A stretch of DNA of 54,938 nt, counting the filler, from Porpidia crustulata (taxonomy: Eukaryota), in assembly GCA_964255105.1 (NCBI GenBank). It is 3 parts of 3 records of this genome, joined end to end, with 100 filler letters (N's around TTAATTAATTAA, not from the genome) between each part and the next. Parts side by side here need not be neighbours in the genome. Positions count along the whole stretch, not along the records: positions 36,709 to 54,938 come from CAXUWE010000187.1; 2 more parts are not named here. One strand, written 5' to 3'. Below the pieces are notes generated by a model. It had not been told where the DNA came from, made no database searches, and saw nothing but the letters and a program-made list of their open reading frames with translations. Within the stretch, counting starts at the first letter, position 1; each line of letters starts with the position of its first letter. The position numbers were made by a program, and so were the translations under genes. Shown here in pieces: positions 42,613 through 54,938 of the stretch.

Positions 42613-43527
42613 AACAAAGCGATGTGATTGACTGATTGGTTGCGTCGTACTCAATCGCCCGTGAAGAGCGAAACAGAAGCTTAAGAGGCCCAGCAAGACC
42701 GTACTCGTCAGAGGGTCCCACCCCCTGCCCATATCGCTTCCACACAAAATCCAATCTACCCAGGACCCCCCTTCACCAATTCCTCAATCCAACATCTGAC
42801 CTATCCGACTCCTCTGAAAGCAATCATCACCATCGACCTTTCAAACCCATACCCAACAACCCCCATACTATCATCATCATCAACCCCATCCAACCCCTTC
42901 CAACCACACCCAACCCCATTCAACCTTATAACATCAACATCAACACCAATACAAAACCCCCCATTATCTATAGTCCAAATAAATTTCTTCCCAGATGGTA
43001 ATATGTCGAATGTAGATATCTAAATATTTATGCATGAATAGGTAGGTAGGTAGGTAGTTCGGGGCTTATGAGGGGCACGATGGGATGAGTGAGATGAAAT
43101 GAGGATGACGGTTTAAGAGACTGTGGAGAATGAAAATGTGAGATTGGCTGGATAAAAGATGAGATTGTTTATTCGGTGGATTTGGTTATGGATATCCATG
43201 TTTCTATTTTCAATGGGATCTATTTCTGGTTGATTTGGCGAGGGGGAGGCGGTTTCCCTACCTCGTGAAAACAAAAATCAAAATTGTAGAACGATGCCAA
43301 CAAAAATCTCATTCACTATCCAACATCCAAAACCAAGCCCGGTACTAGAGCGCCAGGACCTCCACACCACCAGCTATGAACAAATCTACACAGCGGCGTT
43401 CTTCTCAGTCAGGATAACGGCATCAATTTTCCTCTTGGCTGTTGTGTTAGCGTTCGAAACTCCCCTGTCTATCGTGATACATTGGCTTCGTTTGGGGTTT
43501 AGCTGAAGCTTTAAGTTTGTGCTTTTG

Positions 43528-43575
43528 TGGATGGGTGGATAGATGGGTGGGTGGATGGATGGGTGGATGGGTGGA
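43528..43575. repeat. Compound (GGAT/GGGT)n microsatellite
   Basis: Read directly, in a low-complexity intergenic region that also has CAT/CAA-rich sequence at about 42820-42960 and (AGGT)n near 43040. Confidence 0.75.
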
Positions 43576-44307
43576 GCGCGAGGACTAAGTGATAAGTGGT
43601 TGGATTGCTAAGCTGTGTTTAGGGGTTGGGGGTGCAGATGGTGTGGTGCGTGGATGAGTAGGGTTTGTATTTGATTTGAGAGGTAGATTTGCAAATTTAG
43701 GGGATTTTGTGAGTGCATTTGATACTCGTTTGAAGGAATTTGTTTTTTGATGGCGAATAATACATAATCGATTATCTAGATGGGTAAGACAAACAAGGGG
43801 TGAAAAGATAACAAATTGATGCAAGTGATCAGCGTTTGGAGCCCGACATTACGCGAATTTTTGTCAGTCATGTGTAGCTGTGAATCATTCTCCCGTACAA
43901 GAATATCTTTGGGCTGGTAGTGGAGAAATGATTGCGCGAGGAATATTGAGAGCTCCAGAAGCTGCGTGTATGCAGCAGCTACTTACTTTTCAGATTAAAT
44001 GAATCGAGCTGTTCTTATCATCACATCAAAGATCGCAAACAGTCGTCGAATCCTTGCTGACCTATCGGAATTTGAAACAATGGCTCTATTGATTGACTGT
44101 TTATCAACTCGGGATAGGTGTGAATTCTATTGGGGTCATCAATAACACGAGTCGGAACGGATTTATCCAGCTACCGAGGTGCGTGTATTCATCCCTGCAG
44201 GTGGGGAAGCTCTCCGCTCCGCAAACACAGCCCAACTCGTAGGGTCAGAAATAAGATTCTACCATACCTTAGTCAACAATCGTCGATAGTAGTAAGAAAA
44301 CATCATC

Positions 44308-45555
44308 ATGCCATACAGTCTAAAAGGACGAAGTGTTTTGGTCACTGGAGGCTCAAGGTTCGCATGAGCTCGCAAACTCATAGATCTCGGGGATGAGCAG
44401 CTGATGAGTTAATGTGAAATGATCGCAGGGGATTGGGCGCGCTGGTGGCTGAGAAGTTCGCTGCAGAAGGTTGCAATGTAGCCATCAATTACGTTGAAAA
44501 CCTTGATAGGGCAAAGCAAACGGCCCAGAAGATTAAAAAGGAATACAAAACGAAGACTGTAATTGTTCAAGGTGTATGTTTGTTCTTGAACAACATGCAT
44601 CTATAGAAATGCCTGACGATAATTGGTAGGACGTAGGCGTAATGGCAGATTGCGAGCGGACGGTTCAAGAAAGTATAGACGGTCTGGGAGGCCTAGATAT
44701 CATAATATCGAATGCTGTGAGTTTTCTCGGCGACACAATGAATCATAACGGCACGAAATTTCTTGACGTAACTGAGTCTTATACTGTTGCAATCGAGACA
44801 GGGCTGGACCAAGTTCGCTCAGTTTGACGATCTTCACGCGCTGTCGGAGGCAGATTGGGATAAGGTCAGGATCTCCAGCTGCCGACGAGCTTGTCAAACT
44901 TGATCACTGAATTTTACCTCGAGTGCTGGGCTGTCAACGTCAAAGGAAACATGCATCTCTTCCGCAAAGCATTGCCGACCCTAAAATCGAATCCAGACGG
45001 CGGCATTTTCCTGATTACGTCCTCGATCGCAGGCATCGCCCCAAGTGGAAGCAGCATGGCGTACTCCGTCTCAAAAGCCGCAGGTCCAGCCATCTAACGC
45101 TATCAAATAGTACAATGGATTTACTAACGCAATCGCGCAGGCCTGCAATTGATGAGATGTCTCGCCGCCACCCAAGGGCCTAAAATTCGAGTCAACGCAG
45201 TTCTCCCGGGGCTTCTCTTAACTGAATGGGTATGCCTCGGAACCATGAACGGCGAGAAATTTGAAATTCGCTGACCATTAGGTAGGGCGCTCGATTCACT
45301 CAGGAGCAGATAGATGCGCACAACGAGAAAGCAATACTGAGAAAGGAGGTCAGTGGACGATCTCCGAAAGTGCGCTAGATTTCTTGCTGACTCTGGCGTA
45401 GACGGATCTTGAAGACTGTGCCGACGCATTCGTAGCAGCAGCCAAGAATTCATCGATGACCGGTCAGAACATTCAAATAGGTAAACCGCCATCTCTTGAA
45501 TCTCGATTCAAACCCTAAAGCCTTCGCAGATTCGGGGCGCGTGATGATGAGGTGA
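44308..45555 (+). CDS. Short-chain dehydrogenase/reductase; about 9 exons
   Basis: MPYSLKGRSVLVTGGSR|GLG (TGxxxGxG), IIISNA|G, catalytic YSVSKAA, IRVNAVLPG and MTGQNIQI|DSGRVMMR*. Confidence 0.9.
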
Positions 45556-45691
45556 TGAGTATACACAGTGTACAAGGCTATAGTGTCGCACAAGCTTTCA
45601 TGATGTTGGTAGTATTCTGGAGGTAAAGGAGAGTATAGATTGTTTCTTTCCATTCGCGTAGTGGCCATAGAGCACCTCAGTATCATCCATA

Positions 45692-47003
45692 TTATTCGAA
45701 GCGGCTCTTAAACCATGATGAACTTTGGGACAAATCATCCTGTATCATACCGGCACGTCTGGATGCGGCTGTCACTTGTTCGACTCTACCACCCTCAATC
45801 TTCGCCTCATCGACTTCCAAGATACAGCCATCACAAGTCCGTACAATCAAGCTTTGCTGCTGTTGATTATCCGAGTCAGGAAATTTCAAGACTGCATGAC
45901 CGGGGGGTGGAACAGTCTCTTTGTCCCATTGTACTTTGCGGAAGCCATTCGTCCAAATGATTCTCTTTGTGTGAGTTCTTCCCGCACTTGACCCTTTAGT
46001 GATATTCCAGAGTGGCCCGATGACCGTGTGCCTGCGCAAAATTTTATTGGCGGTCCAATTCGCCCAGTCGATATGACGATCATTGGTGGTGATTTTAGGA
46101 GCGTGTCGCAACTCTGCATTTTGATGATGTTTGAACCATCCAACATCATGCAATGGAGGCACAAATAATCGGTCGACAATACCTTGGGTAAGCATTTCTG
46201 CTGCCTGCGACATTACAATAGCCTCTAATTGACTCACACTGATTGCCTCATGATTGAATCCAGGGTAAGGCGTCTGGGCTAGAATCGTCCCGCGGTCAAA
46301 GTGCTTTGGATGTAAGGTTTGCAGCGTGACCCCAGTGGTTCTACAACCAGATAGTAAAGTATGGTGTAATGGAGCTGGTCCACGGAAGCTATGTGAGTTC
46401 AGCGATAGATCAAGGTGAGCATCTGCTTCAGATTCTCATACTCTGGCAGCATTGATGGGTGTAAATTTAAGCCCCCATACTTAGCGCCGCTTAGTATTCG
46501 AGGGGGAATAAGAAGTCCAAAGGAGACAGCAATAATCAAGTTGATGCTGTTTCCTCGAGGTGTTGGTGGCTATTTGTCGATCAGGCTTACGACTTTACTA
46601 CCGAATGGGTGAAACACACCTTCCATCCTGTAAACGTATCGATCTGGTGTAACGGTAAACCCAATGCTTTCGCCTCTACCGATATAGGTACTATGGCTCT
46701 CTTAGAAACCGGTTCAATAGTCTAGATTCATCGTGTTTTACCTTGACGAACAGTCTTCAAATTCCGGCCAACACGTTTCCCTGGCCTGCAGACAATGTCA
46801 ATTGACTCTATTAAAGCCGAGTCTTTCTTTTGCGTAGCAATAAGGGCTCTTAAAGAACCAATGCTAAAGTCATCTGAGCCGCAAAACAGTATGCGGAGAG
46901 GGTCAGATGACTTCGTAGATATAGACCGCCGCACACGAGCTGGCTGGCGCAAAGCCAACGGTACAGTACATCTACAAAGTTGAGACCGCCATAGTAGGCT
47001 CAT
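45692..47003 (-). CDS. FMT1: Mitochondrial methionyl-tRNA formyltransferase; about 4 exons
   Basis: Arg-rich presequence, LRILFCGSDDFS, IIAVSFGL, GGLNLHPSMLP|DFRGPAPLHHTLL, GVTLQTLHPKHFDRG and HAPKIT. Confidence 0.92.
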
Positions 47004-47404
47004 CACCTCATACTTCTATTGACTTGTTATCATTTTAAGGCCTGCTATAGACATGAACGGGAATTGCCGCTACTGATTGGGCGGATGCGACGATTTTCCG
47101 GTCCGTTTGCTCGGTCTCAAGCTCGGACCACCACACGTCCACTCTGACACCCACCATCCATCTGCATCATTTGAACAGCTGATACGTTCTGCATAGATTT
47201 CAAAGACATTGATATCCAACATTTTCCCTGTCACGACTGAAACATGTGGGTGTACTGCTGGTCTGCACAAAAGCTATCTACCAGCTACGAGCTTTTGAAC
47301 TTCAATTCTGCCATTTGCCTTCCTTAAAGGAAATCAATACCCACCTCTACACGACATAGAATCACCCAGATGGCTACCGGTATCTAAATCAAGTAATATG
47401 CAGG

Positions 47405-48311
47405 ATGAGCATTAGCGATACGCAGCCTCTTCTTCGGGGGAACCGCCGGCTAAGGCGGGACTCTGTCACCGATAACGCTTTCGATCGCATCGCGTTGCGG
47501 TCTTCGATTACTCATGATCGCTACATCCACCCAGCTCGCAAGCAAGTCCAGCGATTTTTGGTCTCCAAATCTGGACATTACGCTGTGCTCGCTCTTGTTT
47601 CGCTGGATGTCAGTTGCATTTTTGCCGACTTCTTAATCAGCCTTTATGTTTGCGAACATTCGTGCGGGGAAGGTCATCATGTTCGCAAGGGCCTGGTAGA
47701 CGCTCAACAAGCCTTGGTGATAGTTAGTTTGGTGTTCAGCTGTCTGTTCATGGTTGAGCTGCTTGCGAGTGTCTGGGCTTTTGGCCCCAAGTAAGTAAGC
47801 CCTTTCGCCTATGTAGCGGAGACGTTGACTTAACCTTTATCTCGTCCCCATAGATTCTTCAAGTCGAAATTCCATTGCTTCGATGCTCTCGTTATTATTG
47901 CAGGTTTTATTGTCGATGTCTGCCTGAAGGGGCTGATTGAAGAAGCTGGGTATGTTACCATAAAAGCGATCTCATTGTCCATGAGGCCGAGTGAAAGACT
48001 GAGCAAAGCACACGGGGGTCGCTTCCATATCATATATCACTACTCCCGAAGATGATAGCGAAGAATTGCTGACCAGAAATCTTTGAAGATCCGTTATTAT
48101 CGTGCTTCGGCTTTGGCGAGTGTTCAAGATCATTGAGGAATTTTCTTCAGGGGCTGAGGAACAGGTAAGCCTTGATTAGCCTTGCAACTAAGCGGCTGCT
48201 GAGATCCTCTAGATGGATACGCTTTCTGAACGTATAGAAAACCTAGAGATGGAGAATGAGAACCTAAAGAAAGAGTTGCGGGCTACTAGAAGTAGTCTGA
48301 GCAGTAATTAA
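47405..48311 (+). CDS. HVCN1: Voltage-gated proton channel Hv1; 4 exons
   Basis: Isolated four-helix voltage sensor: S1 LVSLDVSCIFAD, S2 FSCLFMVEL, S3 FDALVII, S4 VLRLWRVFKIIE. C-terminal coiled coil LSERIENLEMENENLKKEL and no pore domain. Confidence 0.9.
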
Positions 48312-48928
48312 GTGACCGCCTGAGTTGTTCGTCTGGACCTATTGCAATCTTGACTTTTCGAAATCTTATTTCGAACGGATATCTTCATGAAAGATAGCAT
48401 AGTCTGTGAGTAATGCAAGCATAGGTGAAGTAATATTTAGATGCTTCTACACGGCTTTGCGACCATAAATAGGCATGTTTTAAGATGCATAGCGTTCGCT
48501 GTTGGCCTGTATTGCTCCAGAGTCACCCATTCATGTTTACTTGTTTATCATGCTGGAGTGTAGCAATTTATTGTGTAAAAGGGTGATCGGCCCTTTCCTT
48601 CCGGAATAGGCTGCCTGCAACTATGACCAACCTTGCACCGCAGTCTCTGCATTTTTCTCAACCGTTCACTCTCACGCGACAGGCTTCCCCTACCCACCAA
48701 GTCCACCCAGCCTTAGCCGGCGAGTGAGGTCTCCATTATAAAATTTCAGCACCAATACACGAGAGTAGAAAGGACCGAGAATTCATTGCTGCATTGCCTG
48801 CTGCCATCTGCGTGTTCATCAAGACCAATAACTCAGTAGGAACCGAATCGCTCATCCTCCCCTGTGTAAGCCAGGAACTTATGATCCCAAGAAAGTGGTG
48901 AATCAGGAATCAATCAGCTGTCGCAATC

Positions 48929-50786
48929 ATGGGACAGACGTTATCGGAGCCGGTGATTGAAAAGGTATGTGAGCTTCTGTACGGACTCGACAAACTAACT
49001 GCCACACACAACATCGCCAATTGCCCTGGTACTCTCTTATCCGAGCTATGTTTATTCCATATACGAGTGTCTAGATCAAACCATTGCTAACACCTATCTG
49101 CTTAGATATCCGATGATGGTCAAGATGATCGGGTTGCCTTCGGCGTTTCCGCAATGCAAGGGTGGCGTATAAGTATGGAAGATGCTCACGCCGCGATTTT
49201 GGATCTGCAAGTAGAAAATGGAGGGAAAGACTTTCAAGCTGCCTCACCAGACAAGCGACTCAGCTATTTTGGGGTATATGACGGGCATGGTGGGGACAAG
49301 GTGGCCTTATTCGCGGGCGAGAATATACATAAAATCATCGCAAAACAAGAAGCTTTCAAGAGTGGGGATTTTGAGCAAGCATTGAAGGACGGATTTTTGG
49401 CGACAGATCGAGCGATTCTAAACGGTAGAGTTTTTTGCGTCACTGGAAGCAACATCCCATCTGATGTGACTTCCAGACCCCAAATACGAAGAGGAAGTAT
49501 CTGGGTGTACTGCATCCGTTGGTCTGATATCAAAGTCGGAGATCTACGTGGTATGATAGATTTATCTAGGGGTACTTGAGACATGTTTTACTAATGATTT
49601 CAAAGGCGAATGCTGGTGATTCAAGAGCTGTGCTAGGAGTCAAGGGTCGGGCAAAGCCTCTCTCCTTTGACCACAAGCCTCAAAACGAGGGTGAGCTTGT
49701 ACATCTATCATGCGACTCAACTAAACTGACCTTGTACTCAGGAGAGAAAGCACGTATTTGTGCTGCCGGTGGGTTTGTTGATTTTGGTCGTGTCAATGGC
49801 AACCTCGCGCTTTCCCGTGCCATTGGCGACTTTGAATTCAAGAAAAGCGCCGAGCTTTCGCCGGAACAGCAGATTGTCACCGCCTTTCCAGATGTAATCA
49901 CGCACTCTATCTCTGATGATGATGAATTTCTTGTCATCGCTTGTGATGGTACGTACTCCGATTTCATGCTTAAGCTCCGCTGATTTAGCTTGACGTCATT
50001 TAGGCATATGGGATTGCCAGTCTTCGCAAGCTGTTGTTGAATTCGTCCGACGAGGAATTGCTGCAAAACAGCAGCTTTCGAAGATTTGCGAAAATATGAT
50101 GGATGCCTGTTTAGCCCCGAGCAGCGAGACTGGCGGTGTTGGCTGCGATAACATGACAATGGTGGTCATCGCGCTACTGAAGGGAAAGAGCAAGGAGGCG
50201 TGGTACGAAGAAGTAGCAGAACGTGTCGCGAAGGGTGACGGTCCTTGCGCTCCACCCGAATTTGGTGGGACTCCCTCGAGAGAGACACCCGAGAATAGAT
50301 ACTAAATAGAGTTCAGCGGAAAGCCGTGGCCCCGGATCTCGTGGGCGTTTTCAAGACAGTGAAGACGACTATGGCCTTGACTCTGATCAGCATACCCGTG
50401 GAATAGGCGGTCGAGCAGGTCAAGTCATACTGCTGGGTGATGGTACAGAAGTCCTGACCGATAGTGACGATACCGAGATGTTCGATCATGAAGCAGAAGA
50501 TAAAGATCTCGATGCTCAAGTCACGAGAGGTAAGCAACCGCTTGATTATGACCAAGTCGAGCGAAGAAAGGAGCGCGAAGAAACCCCGGCGCCTCAATCC
50601 AAAGAGCCAGACGAGTTGCAGCGAACGCCCGAAACACTTGATTCTGGCAACCCATTCGACACTCCTTCATCAACCACATCTGAAATATCCGAGCCCACGG
50701 AAATGGCTCCAATCCCGGCAAAGAAGGTCAATGAGAGTGCTATACCTTCAAAATTGGTAAACCCGCCAACGCCTGTGAAAAAGTGA
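48929..50786 (+). CDS. PTC2: Protein phosphatase 2C, Ptc2/Ptc3 type; multi-exon
   Basis: [12 protein letters not shown] (myristoylation-type start), [42 protein letters not shown] and GCDNMT. Confidence 0.95.
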
Positions 50787-51733
50787 AGCATGGGTTTTTA
50801 CGAACCTAAGTCCTGCCTGCTGTCATTCTGTCCGATCCAGCGGCTCGTGCGAAGGTTGACGAGCTATGAGAATAAATGCGTGGTGTGAATTGACGCGAGC
50901 CATATCACACCAGCGATGATTTGTTGATGAACGCTATTTAACGGCGTTCCCTCTGTTAAGAGTGATTGGACTGTCTGCCGCTGAGAAACTGTACCCCAAG
51001 CGTGTGTTTATGGAGGAGATCATGGCAGTCTCCATGGGTGGACATGTCTTGGGGCCGTTGCATTACATAGGGAGTCATTATTGTCATCAGAGCGCAGAGA
51101 CGTCGTCCTTCAATGTCCTTGACGAGATATCATCTTTCCGTTTAGTTTGCTCTCTCGACACGCATCTTTCCCATTCAAGACCATATGTCGAGGCCGGCGA
51201 TAGATTTACACTTTGGTCCTTTATCCAGGTCGTCCAAATTTGTACTACCATAAGGTTAGACTAGTCCACAATTGCTGTCAAAGAAGTCAGCTGGCAAATA
51301 TAAGCTTGCTTCAATGGTGAATTTAATGGAGCTCCTATGTAGAATTACTCAGGTCTCCTTGTCGTCCATCTGATTTACAGCGACTTGATTTTCTGTACTG
51401 TACGACTGCTAGTCTACTAGAGACTAATGTTTCGCGATGACGGTATGGACGCTAGTACCTAAAACAAGATATTGACTTTATTGATCGCGACTTCTTACTA
51501 TATGGGTATGATTGTATGAGATCAGATTGCCAGTCCTCATGAAATTGCCTCTTAAATCTATTGTCAATTGCCGACCTTCGGCTTAGTCGCCAGTATGTCC
51601 GATGATTCTATAAGAGTACACAGTAGAAGTTGAAATAAAATAGCGCTCAAACATCGAGTAAGAACGACACAGGCTGTTCCGGATCGATACCACTTTACCG
51701 GCATCTGTATCACTTTTGTCCTCGAACTTCCCA

Positions 51734-53327
51734 ATGTCTTCTCCATCATCTTCTGGATCCGGGAAGAGAAAGCGCACTTCAACATTCCATCCTTCAATCA
51801 AGCAGTCTTCGACCGCAGACCTACTCCAACCATCTTCACGCGATGCGTCCGGCGAAGATGCGGCAGATTCAGCTCCACACATCGGCACAAGTAATAAGCA
51901 TAAGAAGTCAGCTGTATCCACAGACGCAACAAACCAGTCAAATAAAAGGCCTAGAACGAGATCCAACGCGGCTGCTACAGATGTTCCGTCTAGCAATGGT
52001 ACGGCGATAGGTGACGAGGATGAAGCTCATGCAGAGGGTGGCAGCCGCGCGAAGCGTAGGACGAAAAGCCTGTCGCACAAGGAACAACCAGACGGGCACA
52101 TCGAGGACAGCAGAGCAATGCCCCCACCTAAAAAAGGAGGTTTGCAAGATCCGGTCGGATTCCATACAACCCCGCCCCCAGAAGGTCGTCCCGTACGCAT
52201 TTATGCCGATGGAGTCTTTGATTTGTTCCATCTCGGGTAAGTTTGACGGGACTGAATTATTCAAGGACACGGTACTAAGTAAGCAATTAGGCATATGCGC
52301 CAGCTTGAGCAAGCCAAGACTGCATTCCCGGATGTTCATCTAATTGTTGGGGTTACCGGAGATGCCGAGACCCACAAACGGAAAGGCTTGACAGTCTTGA
52401 CAGGTGATCAGCGAGCAGAAACAGTTCGACATTGCAAATGGGTAGACGAAGTCATCCCTGATTGCCCCTGGATTGTGACACCAGAGTTTCTCGAGAAGCA
52501 CAAACTGGATTATGTTGCACATGACGATCTCCCATATGGCGCAGATGAAGGTGATGATATCTACACACCCATCAAGAAGCAGGGTAAATTCTTGGTGACT
52601 CAAAGGACCGAGGGTGTCAGCACAACTGGCATTATCACGAAGTAGGTGATCTGACATAGTATTATGACGAGACCCTGACATTAATTGAATAGAATTGTAA
52701 GAGATTACGAGCAATACATCGATCGTCAGTTGAAGCGTGGAACATCCCGTAAGGAACTAAATGTCTCCTGGTTCAAGAAGAATGAGCTTGACCTCAAGCG
52801 CCATGTCTTCGAGCTGCGTGATAATGTACGAAACAACTGGTCTACGACTGGCCAAGAACTCACGAAAGAGCTACGCCAAATCTGGCAGAGTAGCAGACCC
52901 AGCAGTCCCGCGAGGGGACTCAACAGAAGCACAACAGGTATTACGAACGATCAGGCAGGACCTATGAAGAGCCCTGGAGCTCTTTCACACCTAGCACACC
53001 TTGAAGCACCAAGGCAAGAGAGTCCGGGACCCGGAGGAAAAGCGAGCAGTGATTTTGCGGCTGGATATAGCCTCGGGTTGATTGGGGGCGTGAGATCCTG
53101 GGTAAGTCCACGGGTCTCCTATCTCACGTAATCCTAGATCGCTGACTGTCGACATTTAGATGACCAAAAGTCGTCAGTCGCTGCGGGACAGCCAGCCCGG
53201 CAGCCCCGACAGCGGTGATGACAGCTCGGACACCAAGAGTCCAGTAGACGAGAAAACCCCATCCAGGGGAAGGCGCGGTGAGCCGGCAAATGCTGAAATC
53301 GCCGACGCTATGGATACAAAATCCTAA
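51734..53327 (+). CDS. PCT1: Choline-phosphate cytidylyltransferase; 4 exons
   Basis: [26 protein letters not shown] (HxGH), [18 protein letters not shown] and RTEGVSTT. Confidence 0.95.
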
Positions 53328-53675
53328 GTGTTTTCTGACGTCAAGCTGTTCCAATTTCCCTTCAGTGTGCTTTTGATACCAATATTAGAGCGTATAGCAT
53401 TGCTGCCCGTACCCGTCGACTCCTGTACCTACCTAGTCATAGCTCGCTTGCTCGAAGCGTCAGTATATTTTCAATCCAAGTATTCAGTTGCATCATGACG
53501 GCACAATGTGAAGCAACGTTGTAATCACTCGAGCTCGGGATTAGTGCTTTTGGTCGACCAAGCAAACGTGATTGATGACTTTCGTGGCCAGCCTGGATAT
53601 GCAAGCCGGCTATCACGCCTCGTTGATCTCACAATCCACAACAAGTCTTATCCACACACCTCTCCTCCCAACGCT

Positions 53676-54208
53676 CTACGATCTTGGCTTCTCCTTCTTC
53701 TCCTTCCACAGCGCCATCAACCCAACCCCCGAAACCTTCACGACCTTGAACCGCACACCAGGGATGTCACCCTTTGCCTTGCCCTTTCGTCCAAACCCAG
53801 AGATAAGTACTTCATCGTTCTCGTCGACAAAATTGAGGCAACCATCGTTCGGTACTATATTCCCGACGACAATCAGCACGAGGACCAAATAAATCCCGCA
53901 TGCCCATCCCCCATAACCCCAATTCAACAAAAGGTAAATAAAAACCCACCGAAAGCAGTAACTTTCTTCCCATTCTTGATCAACTGCACCCTCACGCACT
54001 TTCTGATCGCGCTGTTCGGCTGCTTGGCCTCGACCCCGACCTTCTCGAGCACGATACCCTTGGCGTGCGACGAGCCTCCAAAGGGCGAAGACTTGTATGC
54101 GGTACCGAGGAGGCGCTTCTTGAAGGCGAGGTCGGCCCATCGGCCTTCGCGGCGATGGGTACGAAGTTTACGGGCGGCGTTGAGGCCACGGGGTTTGCCT
54201 TTTCCCAT
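53676..54208 (-). CDS. RPS23: 40S ribosomal protein S23 (uS12); one coding intron plus a 5'-UTR intron
   Basis: [16 protein letters not shown]...[35 protein letters not shown]...KEKKEKPRS*. Confidence 0.98.
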
Positions 54209-54474
54209 GGTTGCTGTTTAGGAGGGAGAAAGGGGTTAGTGGTGGGTTTTGAAAGAGGATGAGGGTGAAGTGCGATGGAAGAGGAAAGTAAGAGGTGGAT
54301 ATCTTTGATGTGGGGGACCTACCGATTTGTGTGTGATCGCTGGATGGGATTTGGAGTGGTTGATGTGGTAGGTCGTTGGTGCTATTGAAGATAGAATTTT
54401 GGTGATGGAGCTAAGCGAGGTTGTGCGGCGGAACCGAGCCCTACTGTACTCGTTTCCACCCCTCATCGGCCCAC

Positions 54475-54497
54475 GCTAAGCCCTAGGGTTAGGGTTA
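54475..54497 (-). promoter_or_regulatory. RPS23 promoter element: GGCTTAGC next to telomere-like TAGGGTTAGGGTTA
   Basis: The same 8-mer sits on the sense strand upstream of RPS31 (23345-23352) and H4 (10864-10871). Confidence 0.45.
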
Positions 54498-54938
54498 TGA
54501 GAAAATCTTTAGTTTTTAAAACCAATAATTTTTATTTTATTTTGCATTTTTATAATTGATTTTTTTTTCGTTTATATTATAAACATCCTGTTACTCGATA
54601 TTGTACGTTTTTATTGTTTTTTTGTTGAGATATATGATGGGCTGACTTAGGGTGAAAAGGGTTGTGGATTGAGTCGGTCTAGCTACGTGTCTATATATCG
54701 GAGGTCAGGTGATCTTACTAGCGTAAGCACCCCGAACACCTAGTCGTAGGACCTAGATGCTCTATTTTCAACATTTTTTAAAATAAATAAAGTATTCTGT
54801 GTTAGGAATGCTACGACCACCCCCAGGGGTATTGGTTTACCCAGGTGAGGAAGCTAGGTGGGGTGGGCGCAATCTACATGCGAGGCGCAATACCCAACCG
54901 CACCACCTAAAAGGCGAAATACCAAGTTGGAAGACTTG

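Noticed and set aside
43386..43505. Possible terminal exon on the minus strand (...TAKRKIDAVILTEKNAAV*)
   Set aside because: No convincing start or upstream donor could be joined, and it lies within microsatellite-rich DNA.

Overview
Gene-dense (about 50% GC) nuclear DNA from a filamentous ascomycete (Pezizomycotina), judged by its short GT-AG introns with CTRAY branch points; the species cannot be named from the sequence. It holds about 27 protein genes. Most are conserved housekeeping loci: sconB/MET30 (partial), ATG17, RIO1, SMC3, a stand-alone histone H4, a NOSIP-like RING protein, EXO1, TMA16, ubiquitin-S27a, an Ace2/Swi5-like TF, AUR1, RSA3, HPC2 (partial), casein kinase I, an SDR, FMT1, an Hv1 proton channel, PP2C, PCT1 and RPS23. 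There is also a truncated intron-containing tRNA-Ser(UGA). Two 100-bp N blocks carry an artificial TTAATTAATTAA assembly spacer. I see no CRISPR array, intact transposon or secondary-metabolite cluster. The best lead is an accessory-looking head-to-head pair at 40.5-42.6 kb: a hidden 3-exon S/T-rich single-pass membrane protein and a 7-TM GPCR-like orphan whose last helix is frameshifted by a perfect 17-bp tandem duplication. Other leads are a candidate in-frame exitron in the Ace2-like TF, uORFs in front of sconB, an AUG-free in-frame leader on AUR1, a possible pseudoknot upstream of HPC2, and a shared GGCTTAGC promoter element. All exon models were derived by eye and no database search was run.
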